From a virus (Duplodnaviria > Caudoviricetes), in the IMG/VR virus record IMGVR_UViG_3300029913_000012, positions 1 to 64,000 of that record: a stretch of DNA of 64,000 nucleotides; one strand, written 5' to 3'. Within the stretch, counting starts at the first letter, position 1; every line of letters starts with the position of its first letter. The notes under the pieces were generated by a model that worked only from the letters and a program-made list of their open reading frames with translations, was not told the DNA's origin and did no database searches. Made by a program: the position numbers and the translations under genes. This document shows, piece by piece, positions 31,122 to 39,777 of this stretch.

Positions 31122-31781
31122 TTATTTTATCATACTTCTATGCTGTAAATTAGGATTATCATTCTCATCAAAACTTTCTCCTACAAATTGTTGTCCTATT
31201 CTTTTATATGGAAATATTAATCTATTTTTATTAAATGTAAAAAATTCATCGTGTACCATACAATCATTATTAATTAAAGAATATACTATATCTCTTAAAA
31301 AATTTTGATCTACTTGCCAAAATTCACCTTTTGAATATTCGTCAATAAGAGTTTTCATATTGCTCAAAACTGGATACTTAACACCCCACATACCTCCTAA
31401 AATTACAGCAGTATGCCAAGGATGATCTCTCATTATATGAAATGTCTTAGAACTTTTCATCCATTGATCAACTGCATACTTCTCCCTTAAATTTAATCTT
31501 GAATCGCAATCACGACTTATCATAACTTCAACGTCACTATCACTAGCAGGTAAAAATCTCCAAAACATTCCTGACCAATTTCCTAATTCATTCATAATTA
31601 TAACTTCACAATTTTGTATTTCTTTTAATTGATCTATTATATTAGATGGTACACTTTTTCCACAATAAAATCTTGAAATCCATCCTGGATATATCTGATT
31701 TGTTAATTTTGCATTTTTTATAGCACCTATACAATATTTAGGATCATCCCCCCATAAACTAAATGATATAATCTTTTTCAT
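31122..31781 (-). CDS. putative glycosyltransferase
   Basis: IISFSLWG, MFWRF, SRDCDSR, HIMRDHP.H, GGMWG, DQ.FL. Confidence 0.7.
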   Translation of the reverse strand: MKKIISFSLWGDDPKYCIGAIKNAKLTNQIYPGWISRFYCGKSVPSNIIDQLKEIQNCEVIIMNELGNWSGMFWRFLPASDSDVEVMISRDCDSRLNLREKYAVDQWMKSSKTFHIMRDHPWHTAVILGGMWGVKYPVLSNMKTLIDEYSKGEFWQVDQNFLRDIVYSLINNDCMVHDEFFTFNKNRLIFPYKRIGQQFVGESFDENDNPNLQHRSMIK

Positions 31782-32449
31782 TTTAATCCAAATTTATTTT
31801 TTTGCCTTAATTGAAAGAAATTGTAGTCTAATTGATAATATTTATTATTTTTAGCATATAATTCATCAAATTGATCTCTAAATTCAGGTATATCAGGATG
31901 CTCATGTTTTATAATTGTTTGTTCTATAAAAGTTTGCTTATTTAATTTATTAGCAACTTTTGTAAATTCATCATCACAATAAAAACTACGATATCCTCTA
32001 TGATAAATATAACCAAATCTATCATAGTATTTTTTACCTAATATACAAAGTGTATTTAAATCTCTTCTATTTCCATCATAAAACCATAATACACCATCAG
32101 TATCTGGATAATATTTTTTCATATTATCTCGTATTATATCATCATATCCTTTGATTTGAGGTATCATATCATCAGATGCTAGTAATACTATATTCCAATC
32201 TTTCATTTCATCTATATCAGAATTACATGCTTCTATTTTATATTCAGAATTACCTATAAATACTACTAAATTTTCATAATTATCTAATTTTGAAAGAATT
32301 TCTTCATTATTCATAGTTAAATCATCCTCATCTATTGAAATACAAAAATCAGTCAAATCTATATTATTTAAATTTTTATAATATAAATCTAAAACTTCAA
32401 AAAATTTTTTTGATCTATTTCTAGTCGGAAATTTAATCAACAGTCTCAT
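31778..32449 (-). CDS. GT-A fold glycosyltransferase
   Basis: KFPTRNR, LASDDM, YCDDE, HEHP. Confidence 0.7.
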   Translation of the reverse strand: MRLLIKFPTRNRSKKFFEVLDLYYKNLNNIDLTDFCISIDEDDLTMNNEEILSKLDNYENLVVFIGNSEYKIEACNSDIDEMKDWNIVLLASDDMIPQIKGYDDIIRDNMKKYYPDTDGVLWFYDGNRRDLNTLCILGKKYYDRFGYIYHRGYRSFYCDDEFTKVANKLNKQTFIEQTIIKHEHPDIPEFRDQFDELYAKNNKYYQLDYNFFQLRQKNKFGLK

Positions 32450-33260
32450 TAATATTAATATTATTTTTTATAAATTTTATATCTATTTCTTGATGACAAG
32501 AACTATTTAAAATACCTTTAAAATTATCTAAATCAATTACATAATCATCTAAAAATTTATCATTTATAAAATCTGCTGATATATTTCCATGCACATTTTT
32601 AAATATATTTTGTACCCTATTTAATGGATTGTTTACTATTATCGAATTTTCAAAGCAAATTATTTTTGATCTATTTAATGTATATCCAGCTAAAACACTT
32701 TCATATGTATTTGGATTATTAAATGCTATTTCTGATGTGAGAGGTAATATATCACTTGTTCTAAAAAAATGACCGTCCAAAGACATAGGATAGCCAAAAT
32801 CTCCTTGCTCTCTATACCATTTGAATGTTAAATCTGAATTAAAATGTGGAGCTGTCGTTCTTATCTTTAATGAATAACAATAAGTTAAATATGGATGTAT
32901 TCTTAATGATAAAGTTAAGATGTCATCATTCATAGTAAATAATTTAAATTGTTTACAATTTAAAGTAAATGGCATTTTAAATACATCATCATCAACAAAA
33001 AATATAGAGTGAGAATTTTCTGGATTTAATAAATTTATAACGTGACTTTTAAATTTATCTGTTTCTTTTATATAATTTATATTACTATCATTATGAATTG
33101 TAAATAATTTATCATATCCTTTTTTAAAATCATTATTAGAATACGTATAAAGAATATTAATCATATTCTGATTAAATTCTTTAAAATATAATTTCATAGA
33201 ACGAAGTAATAATTCCAATTGTGCGGGACGGTCTTTACTAAATAATATAATATTTATCAT
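32433..33260 (-). CDS. GT-A fold glycosyltransferase-like protein
   Basis: FSKDRPAQL, FFVDD, GYPMSLDGH, NPNTYE. Confidence 0.65.
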   Translation of the reverse strand: MINIILFSKDRPAQLELLLRSMKLYFKEFNQNMINILYTYSNNDFKKGYDKLFTIHNDSNINYIKETDKFKSHVINLLNPENSHSIFFVDDDVFKMPFTLNCKQFKLFTMNDDILTLSLRIHPYLTYCYSLKIRTTAPHFNSDLTFKWYREQGDFGYPMSLDGHFFRTSDILPLTSEIAFNNPNTYESVLAGYTLNRSKIICFENSIIVNNPLNRVQNIFKNVHGNISADFINDKFLDDYVIDLDNFKGILNSSCHQEIDIKFIKNNININETVD

Positions 33261-33265
33261 AAATA

Positions 33266-33294
33266 ATTATACTTTAAAGATATTAAAAAGTTTA
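33266..33294 (-). promoter_or_regulatory. TAAAC-N18-TATAAT promoter of the glycosylation cluster
   Basis: Same motif and spacing recur upstream of the clamp, clamp loader, RNase H and GT2 genes. Confidence 0.65.
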
Positions 33295-33299
33295 ATTTT

Positions 33300-33677
33300 T
33301 TATTTAAATCCAGAAACTTTAGTTCTATCACCTATTCTTAATGTTGGCGCTTCAATTGATCTTGGATCAAATGCTATATCATTTTTATGTAATGAATCTA
33401 ATAATGTGGATATTATTGAAGATGCTTCCCATTTATTATATGATATAATTTTTATTTTTAACTCTTGGGCATTAGATACATGTTTTAAAGAAAAATCATT
33501 ATATGGAATATTATATTTTGATAATATATTATTCTTAATTATTTCTTCATTTTTAGAATCATATTCTATATCTACAGTAAATTCATATTCATCAGTTGGC
33601 TCACTAGTTTTAAATCCAGCAGAAGCATATGTTCCAGTGTAAAATTCATTTAAAAAATTATCAAATTTAGTTACCAT
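33300..33677 (-). CDS. putative internal head protein
   Basis: MVTKFDNFLNE leader. Confidence 0.55.
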   Translation of the reverse strand: MVTKFDNFLNEFYTGTYASAGFKTSEPTDEYEFTVDIEYDSKNEEIIKNNILSKYNIPYNDFSLKHVSNAQELKIKIISYNKWEASSIISTLLDSLHKNDIAFDPRSIEAPTLRIGDRTKVSGFK

Positions 33678-33715
33678 GTTTCATTTTATTTTTATAAGGT
33701 TATATATAAAAACGA

Positions 33716-35698
33716 TTATCTATTTTTTGGATAATTAAATATTTTATTTGTAGATTCAAATTTTTTTCTCAATTTTTTTGTTTCTCTATTATCGAAACCT
33801 AATATATAAATATATTTATGTTTTTGATTTATGATTCTAATATGACATTTTTTTATTGATTCTATTGAATAATTTTTCATTATTTCTGCAATATTATTTG
33901 GAATTTTTTCCCATAAAATTTTTGTTTTTTTATTCCATTCATCTTGCCATATAATATTAATAGTTTTTAAATAAGATTTGTAGAAATTTAATTTTCTAAA
34001 TCCTCTACTATTAACCCAACCTTTATTTATATTATCAGGATCAAAATATAATTTAGTTGATCCAAAATTATTACCAAGATAGTAAAAATTACAAGCTTGA
34101 TAAATTGTACCAAGTTCTTTTGCTTCAGTGTCAGCATAAGCTTCAAATAATCTAAATTCTGTATTTTTAACCATCCATTTAATTGACCACATAATTAATG
34201 AACTAGCTAAATTCTTTGGTGTCCAAGATGCACATGCTCCTCTACTTATCAATTTTTCTATACTTGATGTATCATCACCTAATATATTGGAAAATGCATT
34301 TGGAGTAGACATAACAATTGCTCCAGCCATTATACCTTTATATGTTGCTATAAATCTATGAGTAGGTCTATTTGGCATTTTACCAAGCCATTCATATTTT
34401 TTTATAAAATCAACAATATCTGTTGTTCTTATATCATCTTTATCTATAAATTCAAAATTAAAATCAGAAACTTTAAGATTTTTATAGTCAAAATTTATTT
34501 TTATAATATCATCTTTTAATGTATTTAATCTAATGTCATATTGCCAACAATGTTCTTTATTGTATGTTATTGATTCTATTATCTTATTGAATATTTCATA
34601 ATTTTTATTCACTATAAAAATAAAATTATATCCTTGTTCTTTACATGCTAATTGTTTTGCAATGTTCTTATCTTTATGCTTATCATACCAATAAGATGAT
34701 TTTATTTCTATTATCAAATTTAATTTATCATTATAAAAATCAGGAAAATATATACATTCTTTATTATTAAAAATATATTTTATTGAATTTCCTCTTTTTA
34801 TTTTAATTAAATCAAAATACCTATCTAAAAAATCTAATTCATATTCTCCTTGATAATAAATATCAGTTTCTTTAAATTTATAAATACGTAATCCATTTTT
34901 TAACATTTTTTGATATATATCATCATTTTGTGCTGGATAATATACTCCATATTTTTCAAAAATTATATTAGATAATTTTTGCTTTATTAATTCATTTTGC
35001 ATCGGATTTTCAAAACCATATTTATCTAAACAAGTTTCTTTATATTTATCTCTGTTATTATAATTTTCATCATTATATTTATCTTTTTTTATATTAGATA
35101 TTTTATCTTTAATAAATTTAGATTCAAATGGAGATTTCGCTTGATATCGTTCTATGCAAGTATCTTCTACTTTTTTCTTTATTATATCATTTTTTAAAGG
35201 TGAATCTACACCATACCTATTCATTAATGTTAGTTTAGATTTTTCTTTAAATTCATCAGTAGACATATATTCATCAGTACCATATCTTTCATTCGTTGTA
35301 AACCTTACTTTATTTTTAATATCAATATTTTGCATGGAATATTCAAATCCATATTTTTCTAAATTTGTCTTTTTTATTTTATCCTTAAACTCTTCTAATT
35401 TTAATGGATGATCTACACCATATCTAATGATATTTGTTTCTTTACACCTAATTCCTGAGCATTTTTTACAATGATAAATATTATCAGTTTCTATATTTCG
35501 TAAATATGAAAAATAAGAAATATTGTTTTTTTCTTCACATTTATCACATAATACATCAATTTTAGTTTTTGATGTTTTAGGTAATTCATTAACATTAATA
35601 ATTATAATATCGCCAGATTTTACGTCATATCCTAAATTTTTATAATAAGTAATGTTCTTATTTGTAGTCTTTATTTCTATTTTTTTAGTTATTATCAT
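33716..35698 (-). CDS. endonuclease-like protein fused to Mom-like GNAT domain
   Basis: Zn finger and KYG repeats; YFPDFY..IIEIKS nuclease motif; C-terminal RGAC..WTPKNLAS...YAD....LGTIYQACNFYYLG. Confidence 0.7.
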   Translation of the reverse strand: MIITKKIEIKTTNKNITYYKNLGYDVKSGDIIIINVNELPKTSKTKIDVLCDKCEEKNNISYFSYLRNIETDNIYHCKKCSGIRCKETNIIRYGVDHPLKLEEFKDKIKKTNLEKYGFEYSMQNIDIKNKVRFTTNERYGTDEYMSTDEFKEKSKLTLMNRYGVDSPLKNDIIKKKVEDTCIERYQAKSPFESKFIKDKISNIKKDKYNDENYNNRDKYKETCLDKYGFENPMQNELIKQKLSNIIFEKYGVYYPAQNDDIYQKMLKNGLRIYKFKETDIYYQGEYELDFLDRYFDLIKIKRGNSIKYIFNNKECIYFPDFYNDKLNLIIEIKSSYWYDKHKDKNIAKQLACKEQGYNFIFIVNKNYEIFNKIIESITYNKEHCWQYDIRLNTLKDDIIKINFDYKNLKVSDFNFEFIDKDDIRTTDIVDFIKKYEWLGKMPNRPTHRFIATYKGIMAGAIVMSTPNAFSNILGDDTSSIEKLISRGACASWTPKNLASSLIMWSIKWMVKNTEFRLFEAYADTEAKELGTIYQACNFYYLGNNFGSTKLYFDPDNINKGWVNSRGFRKLNFYKSYLKTINIIWQDEWNKKTKILWEKIPNNIAEIMKNYSIESIKKCHIRIINQKHKYIYILGFDNRETKKLRKKFESTNKIFNYPKNR

Positions 35699-35727
35699 AT
35701 CATATATAGTTTTAATATCACAAAAGT

Positions 35728-36757
35728 TTATATTAATATAGTTTGTATTTTAAATTTAACATCTTCATCTGATTCATTAAAATTTAATCTTAATAAATTA
35801 ATATTATTATCTTTACAATATTCAGATTTTAAATTATCACGCAATTTTATTATTTCAAATTGTTTATCTCCACCCCAATATTCAATTGATCTAAAATGTT
35901 GTTCACCATCATATTCTATACAAATATTATAATCTGGTAAATAAAAATCAAAATATAATAACGACTTATATTTCAAATCAGGAAAAGTTTTTTTGCCTAT
36001 TATATTCTATATTTAATTCATTCAATATATTACTTATTAATAATTCTCCTTTTGATTCTTTGCATATTGGACAACCTACTTTATTATATAAATGTTCTCC
36101 TGGTTTTTGTAAAAATATACCATGTTTAGGACAAATAATTTTAACTTTTGTATAAGAATTAATATAATTCACTTCACTATAATTATATTTATAGTCATGC
36201 ATTTTATTTGCTACGCATGGAAAAATTTTTGAATAATTTTCACGCGTAGTTAATATCATTTTATCTATACTTTCTTTGGAGTGACTGAAATCTATTTTAT
36301 TTTTTACTTCATCATTTTGTAAAGGATATTTAACACCAAAATTTTTTAAATTTGTTTTTATTACTTTATTTTTATATTCATCTGTTTTTTGATAATATTC
36401 AATACCATATTTTTTTAAACATGTTTTTTTAGATTTATCTTTTATTTCATCACTTTGAAAAACATTTTCAACTCCATATTTTTTTAAATTTGTTTCTTTT
36501 GTTTTTTCGTTTTTGCATTTGAAACAAAAATGTTTTTCAGAATTATTATTTGTTATTCTATTATAATCTTTAATTGCCATAATTTTTTCATCGCCACATA
36601 CATCACAACAAATATTAATCTTTTGCTTTGATCCATGAGATAAATCAGATACATTAACTTCTATAATATCACCTGAGTGCATTAAAAGATATAATTTTTT
36701 ATAATAACTTACATTTTTATTTGTTACTTTAACTGAAACAATTTTAGATAGTATCAT
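35728..36757 (-). pseudogene. homing-endonuclease-like gene split by a one-base frameshift
   Basis: A7 run (T 35988-35994); removing one base joins ORFs 35978..36757 and 35728..35976 to give RQKTFPDLKYKSLLYFDFYLP, matching paralog 36762. Confidence 0.8.
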
Positions 36758-36761
36758 ATGC

Positions 36762-37682
36762 TCATTTTATTTGTAAAAAATTTATAATATTTTCTTTTAT
36801 TTCAGAATCTGATTCATTGAATTTTAACCTTAATAAATTAATATTATTTAATTTACAATATTCATTTTTTAACAAATCTCTAAATTGTAACTCATAAAAA
36901 TTATCATCGCCTCCCCAACCTATAATAGATTTAAAATGCTGTTCACCATCATACTCAATACATGCATTATAATCAGGTAAATAAAAATCGAAATATAATA
37001 ATCTTTTGTGTTTTAATTCTGGAAAAGATTTTTGCCTATCAAATTTTATATTAAATGATTTCAATATTTTGGAAACCAATAATTCACCTTTTGATTCTTT
37101 ACATATTGGGCAACCTGCTTTACTATAAATATGATCTTGAGGAGTTTGATAAAATGATCCATGTTTAGGACATATAATTTCAATTCTAGTATACGAATTA
37201 ATATAATTCATATTACTATAATCATACTTATCTCCATGAATATTTTTTGCTTTTTCTGTACATTTGTATTCTCCTAATATAGTTCCTAATCTTGTTTTTT
37301 CAATTCCACATTTTCTACATCCTGATCCTTTAATGTGTTCAGTTGGAAATTCTTTGAATTCTCCATGTATAGGACATATAATTTTAACTTTTGTTAAATA
37401 ATTTTTATATATTGTTATAGAATAATCATAAAAATTATTATGTATTTTTGATGCTTGAGTTGTGAATTCTTCTGTTGTTTTTGATTTTTTTATTTTAGAA
37501 CATTCAAAACAATCATTTCCATGTAGATGATTTTTTACAGTTTGATTAAAAATACCATGAATTGGACAAATTATGGTTATTTTTGAATTTATATCTATAT
37601 AATTCATTAAAGAATAATCAAATTTATAATTATGAACTTTATTGAATCTTTTTAATAATTCGTCTTCTGTTAATTTTTTCAT
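36762..37682 (-). CDS. homing-endonuclease-like protein with CPxHG repeats
   Basis: Three CPxHG repeats; FDFYLPDYNACIEYDGEQH. Confidence 0.8.
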   Translation of the reverse strand: MKKLTEDELLKRFNKVHNYKFDYSLMNYIDINSKITIICPIHGIFNQTVKNHLHGNDCFECSKIKKSKTTEEFTTQASKIHNNFYDYSITIYKNYLTKVKIICPIHGEFKEFPTEHIKGSGCRKCGIEKTRLGTILGEYKCTEKAKNIHGDKYDYSNMNYINSYTRIEIICPKHGSFYQTPQDHIYSKAGCPICKESKGELLVSKILKSFNIKFDRQKSFPELKHKRLLYFDFYLPDYNACIEYDGEQHFKSIIGWGGDDNFYELQFRDLLKNEYCKLNNINLLRLKFNESDSEIKENIINFLQIK

Positions 37683-37786
37683 TAAATTAATATTTTATAT
37701 AGTATAGTATAGTATTTAATATCACAAAAGTTTATATTATTTCAATAAATAATTTTTTATTGTATCAGGTATTAAATTATCATATT

Positions 37787-37816
37787 AAAAAAGAGAGAAT
37801 AAATTCTCTCTTTTTT
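37787..37816 (-). terminator. terminator after the major capsid gene
   Basis: AAAAAAGAGAGAAT-AA-ATTCTCTCTTTTTT. Confidence 0.8.
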
Positions 37817-37841
37817 AAATATTATACTAAATACCTAACTA

Positions 37842-39674
37842 TTAGATAAGTACACCTGCACTATCAGTAACTAAAATAGTCATAAATTGCTTCCAAGGAA
37901 AGAATCCTATATCGGCGACTGCGTAGCGGCTTCTGATTAGCATTCTTGGAGCCCATGTGGCTTCGGAAATTAACTGAATAGATTGGGCCATCAAATAAGG
38001 TACGAATACCAAACCTGGTTGTTCAACACTATTTTTTCTTCCTAAGAATATTCTGTTATCATCCCATCTTTGATAAGGGTCAACGTATATGCTAATATTT
38101 CCGATATTTCCCATTGGGAATAATTGTCCATTAGCGTTTAAGTTAGATTTTACTGGATTAAGAGTATAACCTGCAACGTCCTGAATTACAGAAGCTAAAT
38201 TACCATTTGTTACAAGGTATTGAGCTGGTCCAACACGACCTTCAGTTGCAATAAAGTTAGAAGCGTTATTAAGTTTAGCAATAAGTTTCCTTTGGATTGA
38301 GTGAGTAGTTTCACCTCCTGGGGTAGCAGCACCAACTTTCAAATAAGTATCAACGTTAAAGTCAAATTTAGAAACACCAGCAGCATCTTTAGGAGTTGTC
38401 CAAGCGATTCTGTTTTTATCAGCCATTTCTGTAACTTTAAATATGATTTGTTTTGAAATAGTTTGAGTTAACTCATTAACAAGAACTGATTCAAGTTTTT
38501 GAACGATATCCATACCTGTTGCAGCTTTAATATCTTCAATTTGAGTTCTTTTTAATGAACTAGAAATTTCAATATCACCTACTTGTATAGTTTTAGTAAA
38601 GATATCTGGTCCGATAACATTTGGATAAGTTCTTTCGTCTTCATCTCTTACCATTGGTTGTTTCAAATACCAACCTGCTGAGAAACCAGGAATATGATCT
38701 TCTAACAATGATACTAAGTCAATAGTAACACCAGTTAAAGTAACTGCTTGTTTAGCAGTTGTACCAGAAGCTACTTCAATAACAATTCCGCTATTCAAAA
38801 TATCAGAAATAGAATAAGCTGCAGTTGGAAAAGTATTTCTATCATTTACAAATCCCCAACCTGCGTTGTTAGAACCTGGATTAAATTGACGGAAAATTCT
38901 AAACATTGGATATCCATTAATACGAGACCATCCTAAAAATTCCATCCAACCTTCTTTGGTAGGAGTTGTTCCATTTGCTGGATAATTAATCAAAATTGGA
39001 TCAAATCCATTAATGTCAGCAGGACCTGTAGCTCCACCTTGTGCAAAATATAAAGCAGTAGTATTATATGTAGGAACCTGAGTTACAAGAGAACCACCTG
39101 ATAAGTGAACATAAATAGGGTTAGTTAAACCACCAATTTTTTCTCTTACTGGCATTCCGTTAGCATCCAATTTAAGAGCCATAGAAGCTTTTAATGCTGT
39201 ATTCAAATTAGCACTTGTTGCAGCATCAGAGATATTAAGAGAGAACATAATTGGTCTTTCATCTTTCAATGTAGAATCAGCTAAGTTATCATATTTAAAA
39301 TCTACGAATAACATATCAACTTTTGGAGAAGAAGCTGGTTTAACAGCAACTAAGTCCAAACCAATAGTTTGAGCAGCAATTTTCATAGAAACTGGAAGCA
39401 AATTTTGTCCTATATCACCAGAACCAATTCCACCTGGAGTTCCTGCACCATAATCACCCCATACTAAACCAGGAGTTGAGGCAGGTTGAGCAGCTTGTAC
39501 AGCACCCATACCATTTAAGTTACCTAATGTACTATAAGCAACGTTTTCATTCATTGAATGCATTTCAGCATATTCAGACATCCATTTTTGTTTGTAAGTG
39601 TCAGCTACTCCTAATGATTCCAAGACTGGTTTCCATTTAGCAACTGCTTTTTGATTGTCAATTATTAAATTCAT
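37842..39674 (-). CDS. major capsid protein (T4 gp23-like)
   Basis: KWKPVL, DLVAVKP.SSP, IEDIKA..G.D, IYVDPY, PGLVFVPY, SRYA. Confidence 0.93.
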   Translation of the reverse strand: MNLIIDNQKAVAKWKPVLESLGVADTYKQKWMSEYAEMHSMNENVAYSTLGNLNGMGAVQAAQPASTPGLVWGDYGAGTPGGIGSGDIGQNLLPVSMKIAAQTIGLDLVAVKPASSPKVDMLFVDFKYDNLADSTLKDERPIMFSLNISDAATSANLNTALKASMALKLDANGMPVREKIGGLTNPIYVHLSGGSLVTQVPTYNTTALYFAQGGATGPADINGFDPILINYPANGTTPTKEGWMEFLGWSRINGYPMFRIFRQFNPGSNNAGWGFVNDRNTFPTAAYSISDILNSGIVIEVASGTTAKQAVTLTGVTIDLVSLLEDHIPGFSAGWYLKQPMVRDEDERTYPNVIGPDIFTKTIQVGDIEISSSLKRTQIEDIKAATGMDIVQKLESVLVNELTQTISKQIIFKVTEMADKNRIAWTTPKDAAGVSKFDFNVDTYLKVGAATPGGETTHSIQRKLIAKLNNASNFIATEGRVGPAQYLVTNGNLASVIQDVAGYTLNPVKSNLNANGQLFPMGNIGNISIYVDPYQRWDDNRIFLGRKNSVEQPGLVFVPYLMAQSIQLISEATWAPRMLIRSRYAVADIGFFPWKQFMTILVTDSAGVLI

Positions 39675-39724
39675 TTTTTTTATTATTTTTTTAAGACTAA
39701 AAAGTCTTTGTTTTTCAGTAATGA

Positions 39725-39765
39725 TATATATTCTTTAAAAAATGTCATTTTTTTCTATTTTTGAA
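39725..39765 (-). promoter_or_regulatory. extended late-promoter element, repeated upstream of head genes
   Basis: Near-identical about 40 bp at 39725 and 42168; partial copy at 52252. Confidence 0.7.
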
Positions 39766-39777
39766 TAAAATTAATTT

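Noticed and set aside
35985-35996. Programmed -1 frameshift at A-AAA-AAC
   Set aside because: Restoring the nuclease domain needs a +1 shift, so a homopolymer indel is more likely
38700-39280. Intein in the major capsid protein
   Set aside because: The extra region has no Cys/Ser start, TxxH or HN motifs; probably a surface insertion domain
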